A DNA stretch of 64,000 bases from an uncultured Chloroflexia bacterium. Lineage in GTDB: Bacteria; Chloroflexota; Limnocylindria; Limnocylindrales; CSP1-4. A model generated the notes under the pieces. It had not been told where the DNA came from. It ran no database searches and saw only the letters and a program-made list of their open reading frames with translations. Each line of letters starts with the position of its first letter. Position 1 is the first letter of the stretch. Location of the stretch: assembly GCA_963707215.1 (NCBI GenBank), contig CAVPPB010000004.1:1-64000 (forward strand), written 5' to 3'. Of this stretch, positions 1 to 8,893 are shown piece by piece. The position numbers and the translations under genes were made by a program.

Positions 1-1005
1 CTCGTCAGGAACGACGAACCGGCTCGGTGGCATCGCATCCGGGTCGCCACACGTCCTGGGCAGATCGGCGCCCAGGCCACCGACCACAACGGGCCGTCCC
101 AGCCACGCGGCCTCGGTCGCCAAGCCAGCAAGAGGGGAGTCGCTGAACAGCTCGTCGACGACGAGGTCCGCCCATCCGAGCGCCTCGATCACGTCGCTAT
201 GTGGTCGACCCGTGAGCTCCCGGTACTCGATCTTGAGCCCTCGGTCCCGCAGTCGCGAGACGATCGCTCGGATCTCGGCCGAGCCCTTGACCGCCGGCAC
301 TGTGGGGCAGTGGAGGATCCGCACGGACCGGGGCGCCTCCAGTGGCTCGCTCGCCGAAGCGCTCGGGAAGCGGGTCGGAGCGGCGGGCAACGCCACGGGG
401 AAGCCGACCGCTAGGAAGTCGATGTACCTCCGCCGGTGGAACTGCGCGGAGGCCGGCAACGCAACCACGGCGTTCGCGCTTCGCTCCATCCGCCCGACTC
501 GCGCCTTGATGCGCATCGAATCACGGACAATTCGCCCGACGCCGACCCGATCAAGGTCGTGCATCCAGATGCCGTTCAGGTACGGCGGCCGATGGTCAGA
601 GCCAGTGAAGACGACGATCACCGTCCGTCCGAACCTGCGGATGAGGGCAACATCGCGTCCCCCGGGCAGGAACGTCTGGTTGCCGCCGAGGATGAGAACG
701 TCGGACCGCGCGATCGCCAGCGGCATGAGAATCGCCGCACGGATGGCACGGACGATGCGGTTCGTCGCCAGGATCAGATCGAATAGCCCCCGCCTGGGCG
801 AGCCTGGCGTTGCCCGGCCCAGACCGAGGAGACGACCGGCGAGCGTCCGGCCATCCGACCCTGGGCTCGCCTCGGACCGGTAGCCAAGGGGATCACCGCT
901 GAGGTCGACATGCCACGTCCGGATGCCGAGCTCGCGCAACCCCCGAGCCAAGCCCGAGTAGTAGCCCGCGACCTCACTCAGCCCGACGAATACTCGGGGA
1001 GACAT
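1..1005 (-). CDS. Glycosyltransferase (GT-B/GT4-like), runs off the window edge
   Basis: Not in the ORF track because there is no stop in the window. Manual translation from ATG at 1005 gives MSPRVFVGLSEVAGYYSGLARGLRELG...FTGSDHRPPY...ILHCPTVPAVKGSAEI...ADLVVDELFSDSPLAGLATEAAWLGRPVVVG, resembling a GT-B C-terminal motif. It overlaps the 3' end of the amidotransferase gene. Confidence 0.75.
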   Translation of the reverse strand, partial: MSPRVFVGLSEVAGYYSGLARGLRELGIRTWHVDLSGDPLGYRSEASPGSDGRTLAGRLLGLGRATPGSPRRGLFDLILATNRIVRAIRAAILMPLAIARSDVLILGGNQTFLPGGRDVALIRRFGRTVIVVFTGSDHRPPYLNGIWMHDLDRVGVGRIVRDSMRIKARVGRMERSANAVVALPASAQFHRRRYIDFLAVGFPVALPAAPTRFPSASASEPLEAPRSVRILHCPTVPAVKGSAEIRAIVSRLRDRGLKIEYRELTGRPHSDVIEALGWADLVVDELFSDSPLAGLATEAAWLGRPVVVGGLGADLPRTCGDPDAMPPSRFVVPDE

Positions 1006-2191
1006 GCGACACGGGGGTCGGTGCGTCGCGCCGGGCCCCCGGCGCATCCGGATCCGGCAGCGCGTACTTGAGGTAGAAGCTGCGCGGCACTCGGTCCAAT
1101 CGCTGGAGGGCCCAGAACACGGGCCGCAGACGCTCGAACAGCGGCTTGTAGGTCGGGAACTCCGAGTAGTGACGATGAGGAGCGGCCACGATCGACGCCA
1201 GCTCCTCCTCGCTGAGGCCCAATCGCTTGCGGACCAGGCCGACGACCTCGTCGTCGGCCTCGATCGGTCGAGCGAGCTCGTCCAGCGCCGCGGCACGGTC
1301 GAGCTGGCCAGAACGAACGAGCGCGGCGTGCCCGAGCAACCGGCCGTCGATCCCATAGCGGGAAGGGAGCCAGTACGTGTGGAAGAACGACGTGAAGCGG
1401 TTCTCGAGGTGGTGTCCGCCGTACCAGACCCAGCCGAGCCGCTCGGCCAGCAACTGCTTCGCCTCCTCCTTGTGGTAGTCCATCCAGTAGAGCGGACGCA
1501 GTCGTCGGATCTTGCGGACGGTCGCCCAGCGCATGAAGTCCCGGAACCAAAGGTTCGGGAACGTCTCCATGGCGCGGCTTCCGTACTGGCGGTGGATCGC
1601 GTCCACGTACCGACCGTCGAAGTAGATCCAGCCGAGCGGAGCAATTCCCTCGGTCCGGAACGAATGGCCCTCGATGATGTACCGGACCCCGTGCTGCTCG
1701 GCCGCCCGGTACAGCGTCGTGGTGAGTCCCAGGTCGGTGGCCGCCTCGATGTCCTTGACCCCCGATCGCATGAAGGCGCGAAGGATGTCGTCGAACTCGC
1801 GGTTGTTGACGACGAGCGTCGAGAGCTCGACGTCAAGCGACTCGAGGACGTTGTAGATGTTCTGTGTCGCGGTCGGGGAGTTCCAGGTGTTGTCGAAGTG
1901 GACGGCCAGCGGCCGCACGCCGAGCTCGCGCATCCGGTAGAGGAGATACGACGAGTCGCAGCCGCCGCTCACGCCGACCACGCAGTCGTACCGCTTGCCC
2001 CTGCCCTCGCGACGGAGACGGTCGGCCATGCGGACCAGGCGCTGCTCACCCTCTGCCCCGGTCGGGTACTGGCGGTCGAGGGCGTCATGGATCCGGCAGT
2101 AGTTGCAGACCCCGGAGGAATCGAACTCGATCCCGGGTACGGACGCGTCGTAGACGCAACGGGCACAAATCGGGGCGGCGATGGCCGGCAT
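974..2191 (-). CDS. N-acetyl sugar amidotransferase (WbuX/WbpG/PseA-like)
   Basis: CxxC...CxxC N-terminus (CARC, CNYC), PP-loop YDCVVGVSGGCDSS, and HLENRF motif; RBS GAGGGG before ATG 2191; adjacent to HisF/HisH paralogues. Confidence 0.9.
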   Translation of the reverse strand: MPAIAAPICARCVYDASVPGIEFDSSGVCNYCRIHDALDRQYPTGAEGEQRLVRMADRLRREGRGKRYDCVVGVSGGCDSSYLLYRMRELGVRPLAVHFDNTWNSPTATQNIYNVLESLDVELSTLVVNNREFDDILRAFMRSGVKDIEAATDLGLTTTLYRAAEQHGVRYIIEGHSFRTEGIAPLGWIYFDGRYVDAIHRQYGSRAMETFPNLWFRDFMRWATVRKIRRLRPLYWMDYHKEEAKQLLAERLGWVWYGGHHLENRFTSFFHTYWLPSRYGIDGRLLGHAALVRSGQLDRAAALDELARPIEADDEVVGLVRKRLGLSEEELASIVAAPHRHYSEFPTYKPLFERLRPVFWALQRLDRVPRSFYLKYALPDPDAPGARRDAPTPVSHVSPSIRRAE

Positions 2192-2255
2192 GTTCCCCTC
2201 GGTGCGGTCAGGTGTGGACCGTCGGAGTATCGAGCCTCGCGGCGGTGAGCGACAA

Positions 2256-3041
2256 CTAGGCTGAAGGTCCGGGCGCGAGCCGAACTGCAAAGAGCCGCTC
2301 CAGCTCGGCTCGCGCGGGGAAGTTGACGACCACGGCCCGCTCCCGACCCTGGTAGACGAACAGGCTTCCGGCCGCGACGGCAGCGGCCCCCGCCTCGATG
2401 GGTCGAGGCAGATCGGCTCGGGATGCAGCGCCGCCGCAGGCGATCAGCGGGATCGAGAGCGCTGGAGCGACCCGGCCGATCAGTTCGACATCGTACCCGA
2501 GGAATGTCCCATCACGGTCAACGGCGTTCAGCAGGATCTCGCCGAAGCCAGCCGCCTCGAGCGACCGAGCGTAGGCGACGGCGTCGCTGGCGACGTGACG
2601 TCGGGCGCCGTCAACGAGAACCTCGTACCCGTCCGGCACCACGCCCACGTCGACCGAGCCAACGAGCGCCTGCCGCCCGTATCGCTCCGCTGCCTCGGCC
2701 GCGAGCCCCGGGTCGTCGGCCGCGTTTGACCCGATGACGACCTTCTCGACGCCCCGACCCAGAACCGCGCCGATGTCGTCGATCATCCGGATCCCGCCAC
2801 CGTAGGCGAGCGGCACCCAACACTCGCCGGCGAGCTCCTCGATCAGGTCGAGCTGCGGCCCACGCTGCTCCCGGGTCGCGTCGATGTCGAGGACGACGAT
2901 CTCATCGACCTCGAAGCGATTGAACAGGTTGATGACGTTCACTGGGTCGCCGACGTACCGACGCTCGCGATACCGGACCGTCTTCACGAACGCGCCGTCT
3001 CCGTCGAGCAGGAGGACCGGGATCACCCGCGGGATGTTCAA
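2256..3041 (-). CDS. HisF-like cyclase subunit, glycan-modification paralogue (WbuZ-like)
   Basis: PRVIPVLLL...VKT, GDPVN, DEIVVLDID, PLAYGGGI, EILLNAVDRDGTFLGYD, IACGGA; TTG start at 3041 overlapping the HisH-like stop. Confidence 0.88.
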   Translation of the reverse strand: MNIPRVIPVLLLDGDGAFVKTVRYRERRYVGDPVNVINLFNRFEVDEIVVLDIDATREQRGPQLDLIEELAGECWVPLAYGGGIRMIDDIGAVLGRGVEKVVIGSNAADDPGLAAEAAERYGRQALVGSVDVGVVPDGYEVLVDGARRHVASDAVAYARSLEAAGFGEILLNAVDRDGTFLGYDVELIGRVAPALSIPLIACGGAASRADLPRPIEAGAAAVAAGSLFVYQGRERAVVVNFPARAELERLFAVRLAPGPSA

Positions 3042-3661
3042 GGCTCCAGCTCCACGAAGTTGCGGAGCAGTTGCAGCCCGAATTGGTGCGACTTCTCGGG
3101 GTGGAACTGGGCGCCCCGGATCGGACCCCTTGCGACCACGGCCGGGAACTTCGTGCCGTAGGTGCTGACGGCCACGACGTCCTCGGGATCCGAGGCGACG
3201 ACGTGGTAGCTGTGAGCGAAGTAGAACCTCGGCTCCTGGTCGAAGCCCCCGAGGATAGGATCCAGCCTCATCAGCTCGACCGTATTCCAGCCCATGTGGG
3301 GCACCTTCAGGCCTTCGGGGGCGACGTCCGTCCGGAAGCGAGCGCAGACTCCCCGAAGCCAGCCGAGGCCCTCTGCGGTGCCCTCCTCGCTCCGCTCGAA
3401 CAGAAGCTGCATGCCCAGGCACAGCCCGAGCACCGGGACCCGCTCGGCGAGGACCCGCTGACGCAGGATCGGCTCCAGGCCAAGCGCGCGGAGGCGGCCC
3501 ATGCCGGCGTCGAACGCGCCGACGCCGGGAAGGATCAGGCGATCAGCCGCACCCACGACCTCGGCATCGCCACTGATCGTGGCCTGGACGCCGATGCGCC
3601 GAAGCATGTTGGGGATCGAGCCGAGGTTCCCGACGCCGTAGTCCACCACGACGAGGTTCAC
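3038..3661 (-). CDS. HisH-like glutamine amidotransferase (WbuY-like)
   Basis: VVDYGVGNLGS, LILPGVGAF, LGLCLGMQLL (catalytic Cys), VPHMGWN, FYFAHSY, QFHPEKS. Confidence 0.92.
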   Translation of the reverse strand: MNLVVVDYGVGNLGSIPNMLRRIGVQATISGDAEVVGAADRLILPGVGAFDAGMGRLRALGLEPILRQRVLAERVPVLGLCLGMQLLFERSEEGTAEGLGWLRGVCARFRTDVAPEGLKVPHMGWNTVELMRLDPILGGFDQEPRFYFAHSYHVVASDPEDVVAVSTYGTKFPAVVARGPIRGAQFHPEKSHQFGLQLLRNFVELEP

Positions 3662-5097
3662 GGCGCCACCCTCGCTGGGGTACCGCGTCGGAGCCGCTTC
3701 ACCTCGGCTGGACGGATGAGCCCGAGGGCCAGCATGGCCACCGCGGCCCCGGCGACGAGGGCGCCTCGACCCAGCAAGCCGAGCCAGCCGAATTCGATCA
3801 GGGGACGGCCGAGGAGGACGGCGCCGACGGTGATCAAGACTCCCAGGAGGATCGGCGGCCAGTCGTGGGGCACGGGGTAGTGGCGCTGGCTGGCCAGCAT
3901 CAGGCCCGTGAAGACGACGGCGGCCCCGCCCAGCGTCCCCAGCGCGGCGCCGACGGTGCCGAGCAGCGGGATAAGGACCACACTCAGAGCGACGTCGACC
4001 GCAACACCGCCGATCGCCACGAGCGCGAACATCCCGGTCCGACCCACGATGGTCAGACCCGGCGCGAAGACCGTCAATCCGCCGAGGACGGCCGCGGCGA
4101 CCAACGGGCCGACGACCACGGCGGCACCGGCATAAGCCGGGGTAGACAGGAGGGTAACGAGCTCGGGGGCGAACAGCGCCAAGGCAAGCCCGCCTGGCAA
4201 GGCGACGGCGAGCGACTGGCGGAAGAGCCGCGCCAGGGCGACGGGCGTCGCGGCGTCCTCGTGGACCGCGTAGATCACGGGGGTCAACGCCATCTGGAGG
4301 CCGACCATGAGCAGGCCGACCACCGCCGCGATCCGCGAGCCGATGCCGTACACGCCGACCGCGTCGAGTGAGCCAAGACTCGCGAGCAGGAAGCGATCGG
4401 CATACAGCCCGGCGACGACGCCGATCGACGCTGGGACGAGCGGCAGGGAGAAGCCGAGCATCCGGCGCACGGTCGCGCCGTCTATCACGAACCGATACAA
4501 CCGGACCGTCACCGGTAGCGCAACGAGGAGTCCGGCCAGCCCGCCGGCCAACTGGCCGGCGAAGACGCTCGTGGGGCCGGCTTGCCAGAGGGTGAGGGCG
4601 ACCGTGGTGACGATGAGGGTGGTCGCGGCCGCAGCGACCGCCGCGGTGCCGTACCGACGAGGTCTGAACTGGTACCGGAGCTGGTTGTGCACCAGGAGGA
4701 AGAGCCCGCCGACCCAGGCCGCCGCCGCCGCCCACCTGACCGTCGTTGCCGCGTCCGCCGAACCTGCCACAGCGATCGCGATCGGTTCCGCCGCCAGGAC
4801 CCCGAGGCCGAGCAGGATCGAGAACCCGAACACGGTCACCCACAGCGAGGTGGAAGCGATCCGCGAGCGATCGACGGACTCGTGCGCTGGCGGCAGGAAG
4901 CGTGCAAGGGCCTGGTTGATCTCCAGGGAGACCGTGACGTTCGCGAGGGTGGTCATGGCGACCAGAACGTCGACGAACCCCAGCTCCGCCGGGGCGAGAG
5001 CCCGACTCAGGAGCGGGACGAGCACGAGCATCGTGCCCCGAGCGATGAAGGTCGCCCCCGCGTACAGGATCGCGTCGGACCCGACGCGGCTCAGCAT
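3658..5097 (-). CDS. Wzx-type oligosaccharide flippase
   Basis: About 12-14 hydrophobic segments; LVPLLSRALAPAELG, ADRFLL...VGVYGIG and LIPLLGTVGAALGT are typical of the polysaccharide biosynthesis/MOP family. Confidence 0.85.
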   Translation of the reverse strand: MLSRVGSDAILYAGATFIARGTMLVLVPLLSRALAPAELGFVDVLVAMTTLANVTVSLEINQALARFLPPAHESVDRSRIASTSLWVTVFGFSILLGLGVLAAEPIAIAVAGSADAATTVRWAAAAAWVGGLFLLVHNQLRYQFRPRRYGTAAVAAAATTLIVTTVALTLWQAGPTSVFAGQLAGGLAGLLVALPVTVRLYRFVIDGATVRRMLGFSLPLVPASIGVVAGLYADRFLLASLGSLDAVGVYGIGSRIAAVVGLLMVGLQMALTPVIYAVHEDAATPVALARLFRQSLAVALPGGLALALFAPELVTLLSTPAYAGAAVVVGPLVAAAVLGGLTVFAPGLTIVGRTGMFALVAIGGVAVDVALSVVLIPLLGTVGAALGTLGGAAVVFTGLMLASQRHYPVPHDWPPILLGVLITVGAVLLGRPLIEFGWLGLLGRGALVAGAAVAMLALGLIRPAEVKRLRRGTPARVAP

Positions 5098-5101
5098 CGC
5101 G

Positions 5102-6097
5102 TCAGGCGCCCGCCGCCGCCGCCGCCCGACCGTAATGCTCGGCCGTCCGAGCGATCCCCTCCTCGAGGTCGACCTCAGCCTCGAAGCCAAGCAGGTCGCG
5201 CGCCTTGTCGACGGACGGGATCCGCAGCTCGACGTCCGGGTCGTCCCTCGCAGCGAAGATGATCGGAGAGTCGGACTCGGTGACACGGAGCACCGTCATG
5301 GCCAGCCGATGGATGGTCTCGACGCTGCGTCGATTGCCGATGTTGAAGGTCTCCCCGACGGCCGCGGGTCGGACCAGGGAGAGCATGACGGCATCGACCA
5401 TGTCGTCGACGTAGCACCAGGCGCGGATCTGCGTGCCTGAGCCGTAGATCTCCAGGGGATCGCCCCGCAGTGCCCGCTGGATGAAGATCGACAGGGCGCC
5501 TTCGCCGACCTGGCCTGGGCCGTAGATGTTGAATGGACGCAGGACGGTGGCCGGGAGCCCGATCTCCTGATGGTAGGCGATCGCCAAGTGCTCCTCGGCG
5601 AGCTTGCTGACAGCGTAGGTCCACCGGGCCTCTCCGACGGCGCCGATGACCGTCCGATCGCCTTCTCCGGACATGAACGCCTGCTGCCCGAACACCTCTG
5701 ACGTGCTGAAGCAGACGATGCGGCGCAATCCGACCACCGCCGCCGAGGCTTCGAGCACGTTCGCCGACCCGATCATGTTGACGCGCATCGTCCGGACCGG
5801 GCTCCGGGTCACCGTGTCGATGCCGGCGACACCAGCACAGTGCACGACGGAGTCGGCGCCCTCCATGGCCTCTCGGAGACCGCCCGGATCGAGGATGTCG
5901 CCGCGAACGACCCGCAGGTTGGGATGGTCCAGGTATGCGGTCTTGGTCAGGGCATCGCGAGAGAAGTCGTCGTAGACGACGACCTCGTTCTGATCCAGCA
6001 GTCGGCCGACGACCCGGCTGCCGATGAATCCGGCGCCGCCCGTCACGACGATGCGTTCGCCAGAAGGTCGCGGGATCTCGGTCATGGCCGAGGGCAT
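5102..6097 (-). CDS. NAD-dependent nucleotide-sugar epimerase/dehydratase (extended SDR)
   Basis: VVTGGAGFIGS, FSTSEVFG, YAVSK (YxxxK), RPFNIYGPGQ, RAWCYVDD. Start uncertain (6097 or 6085). Confidence 0.9.
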   Translation of the reverse strand: MPSAMTEIPRPSGERIVVTGGAGFIGSRVVGRLLDQNEVVVYDDFSRDALTKTAYLDHPNLRVVRGDILDPGGLREAMEGADSVVHCAGVAGIDTVTRSPVRTMRVNMIGSANVLEASAAVVGLRRIVCFSTSEVFGQQAFMSGEGDRTVIGAVGEARWTYAVSKLAEEHLAIAYHQEIGLPATVLRPFNIYGPGQVGEGALSIFIQRALRGDPLEIYGSGTQIRAWCYVDDMVDAVMLSLVRPAAVGETFNIGNRRSVETIHRLAMTVLRVTESDSPIIFAARDDPDVELRIPSVDKARDLLGFEAEVDLEEGIARTAEHYGRAAAAAGA

Positions 6098-6284
6098 GGT
6101 ACGCACGGGGACTTCATATTCTGTCGACCGCTGCCTCACCATAGGTCCATGGTAGGGGCAGGAGGAGGCGGACCTCGGCACGAAGCCGGTGCTTCGCATG
6201 CTCACGTCGTGGTGAAGAACACCGCGGCGTCCTACCGTCCGAGACGGTCATCAACGCGATCAGTGCAGGGACGGGAAGCATCCG

Positions 6285-7497
6285 ATGCGGATCAGCCTGC
6301 TCACCCACTACTACGCCCCCGAGGTGGGCGCACCGCAGACACGTCTACGCGAGACGGCAGAGCTCCTGCGCTCTGGGGGACACACAGTCTCCGTCATCAC
6401 GACTATGCCCCACTACCCCGGGGGTCGGATCCTCGAAGGCTACCGGGCCTTCTCTGTTCGGCGAGAGCAGATTGATGGCGTGGCCGTGCTGCGCCTACCG
6501 GTGGTCGCCCGTCCGAATTGAGGACTGCTGGACAGGGTGGTGGATCAGGGATCGTTCGCGACGGCCGCCTTGGCGGCCGCGCCCGTCGTGCGCCGGTCAG
6601 AAGCGATGATCGTCGAGTCCCCGCCGCTCTTCCTCGGGGCCACGGCTCGCGTGTTGCGATCGTTGACGAGCGTCCCGTATCTGCTCCATGTCTCCGACCC
6701 CTGCCCGACTACCCGATCGCCCTAGGTGCGCTGCGGGGCAGAACGGCTATCCGGGCTGCACGATTCCTCGAGACGGTCGCCTACAGCGGGGCGGCCGCGA
6801 TCACGACGGTCACTCCGTCCTTGGTTGACCTTCTTGACCGGAACCCCGCCGCGAGCGGCCGGGTCCGGCTGCTGCCAAACACCGTGAATACATCGCGCTT
6901 CGACCCCTCGATCACTCCGGCCGTGGCACGGGCGCGGCTTGGCTGGGATCCGGATCGATTTACCATCGTCTACTGCGGGACCCTGGGACTCGCCCAGGGC
7001 GTTGGCACGCTCGTCGATGCCGTCGCCGGCATCGACGATCCAGGCTCCACCTGAGGATCGTCGGCGACGGCATCGAGGCAGGGGATCTTCGCCGGCGGAT
7101 TGATTTGCTCCGGTCCCCGCGAATCGAGCTGGAGCGGCCCGTCGCGGCCGACATGGTCCCTACGGTGTTGGCGGCGGCGGACGCTGTAGCGGTGGTACTG
7201 CGTTCCGGTGCGATGCTCGAAGCGGCACTGCCAACCAAGCTCGTCGAGGCCTTGGCGGCCGGACGACCGATCTTGGTTTCGGCGTCCGGCGACACCGCCC
7301 GCATCGTCGAGGAGGCGGGCGCCGGGGTCGTCGCCCCGGCAGAGGACGTCCCCTCGCTACGGGCCGCGATCGTAGAACTGATGCGCGGCTCTCATCGGTC
7401 GACGATGGCTGAGGCTGGACGTGCGCTGGCCGTCGCGCGCTTCGAGCGCGCGACGGTCGCCCGGGAGCTGGCCAAGATCCTCGAGACCATCCGATGA
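6285..7497 (+). CDS. GT4 glycosyltransferase (WbuB-like), split by about 3 frameshifts
   Basis: Fragments MRISLLTHYYAPEVGAPQTR...TTMPHYPGG (6285), IVESPPLF (6537), YCGTLGLAQG (6518 frame) and LPTKLVEALAAGRPIL (7105) join into one protein; breaks near 6520, 6705 and 7050. Confidence 0.85.
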
Positions 7498-8204
7498 CGA
7501 GTCGGCCGAACCGTGGGGGCGGAGAGCTGCCGCGGGAGGAGGCCTTGGCTCGGGTCCTCGAGACCTACGAGCGGTATGAGACCACCGGCTACGCGCGCAG
7601 GTGGCATGGCACGGCGGCCGGCTCGATCCTCGCCGCCCAAGAGGTCGACGCGTGGCTAGCCGCTGCGATCGGGCCCGACGCGGAGGTCGTGGATCTCGGC
7701 TGCGGAGCCGGGCGTGTCGCTCGCTCCCTCGAGGCACAGGGCGTCCGGCCGCGCCGCTACGTGGGCATTGATCTCATCCCTTCGCGCATTGCAGTGGCCG
7801 CTCGCAACCTGCCCTGGGCGGAGTTCATCGAGGCGAGCGCCGACCGGGTCCCGCTTCCCGACGGGTGCGCCACCGTCGTCACGGCATCGACACTCCTCAG
7901 CTCGGTCCTGGATGACGCGATGCGCCAGGCCGTCGCATGGGAAGTCCAGCGCCTCGTGCGATCGGGCGGGCGCTTCGTCGTGTACGACGTCCGCTATCCA
8001 AGCCCTGGGAACCCGAATGTGCGCCCCGTCCCGACTCGAGTCCTGTCTCGGCTGTTCCCCGGATGGCACCTGAGCGCTCGAACCCTGACCGTCCTGCCAC
8101 CTCTTGCCCGCACTCGACTCGCTGGCGGGCCGCGGCGGTACGCAGCGCTGGCGGCCATCCCGGTTCTTCGATCACACATCGGGGCGGTATTGGTGAAGCC
8201 ATGA
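7494..8204 (+). CDS. Class I SAM-dependent methyltransferase
   Basis: VVDLGCGAG motif I, YVGIDL, ADRVPLPDG, RLVRSGGRFVVYD; translationally coupled (ATGA) on both sides. Confidence 0.85.
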   Translation: MTSRPNRGGGELPREEALARVLETYERYETTGYARRWHGTAAGSILAAQEVDAWLAAAIGPDAEVVDLGCGAGRVARSLEAQGVRPRRYVGIDLIPSRIAVAARNLPWAEFIEASADRVPLPDGCATVVTASTLLSSVLDDAMRQAVAWEVQRLVRSGGRFVVYDVRYPSPGNPNVRPVPTRVLSRLFPGWHLSARTLTVLPPLARTRLAGGPRRYAALAAIPVLRSHIGAVLVKP

Positions 8205-8851
8205 GTCCCGGGTGGGCCATCGCCCAGCGACTGATCGCTCTCGCTGCGCTGGCCGTCATGTCGCCCGTGCTCGCCGGGCTCGGGCTGGCCGTGCGTCTCG
8301 ACTCACGAGGCCCTGCTCTCCACCGCGCCATACGGCACCGTCCCGGCGGCGTTTTCATCGTGTACAAACTGCGATCGATGCACCTCGACCCCGTGCCCGG
8401 ATCGGCCGTGACTGCCGTGGGCGACCGACGCGTGACCAGGATCGGGCGCCTGCTTCGTCGGTGGAAGCTCGACGAGCTACCACAGCTGTGGAACGTGGTC
8501 CGCGGCGACATGCTCTTGGTGGGTCCACGCCCCGAGGACCCGCGCTACGTCGACCTGACCGATCCTCTGCATCGCTTGGTCTTTGGGGCGGTGCCAGGCA
8601 TCACGGGATCGACGGCGCTCGCATTCCGCGACGAGGAGACGATCCTCGCCGGGGAGGCCGCTCGGGTCGCCAGCGCAGCGGGTCGCGATGGCCCAGCCAT
8701 CGAAGACTTGAGCTCGCCTATCGCGAACGGATTCTGCCCTCCAAGCTCGAGATGGACGCCACCTACCTGCGGTCCCGCTCGATCCGCGGGCGACCTCGTG
8801 ATCATCGGCAGGACCATCGGCCAGGTGCTTCCGCGCACCGTCCGCCGGTAG
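8201..8851 (+). CDS. Bacterial sugar transferase (initiating polyprenyl-phosphate phosphoglycosyl transferase, PglC-like), frameshifted near the C-terminus
   Basis: VRLDSRGP, YKLRSM, DRRVTRIGRLLRRWKLDELPQLWNVVRGDMLLVGPRPE, PGITG; the C-terminal ILPSKLEMDATY segment lies in another frame. Confidence 0.88.
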   Translation: MSPGWAIAQRLIALAALAVMSPVLAGLGLAVRLDSRGPALHRAIRHRPGGVFIVYKLRSMHLDPVPGSAVTAVGDRRVTRIGRLLRRWKLDELPQLWNVVRGDMLLVGPRPEDPRYVDLTDPLHRLVFGAVPGITGSTALAFRDEETILAGEAARVASAAGRDGPAIEDLSSPIANGFCPPSSRWTPPTCGPARSAGDLVIIGRTIGQVLPRTVRR

Positions 8852-8893
8852 ACTCCCGGCGACACGTCTCGGGAGCAGCATGTTCGTGCAGCG

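Noticed and set aside
2256-3661. Histidine biosynthesis operon
   Set aside because: Only hisH/hisF-like genes, coupled to a sugar amidotransferase and flippase; no other his genes in the window.
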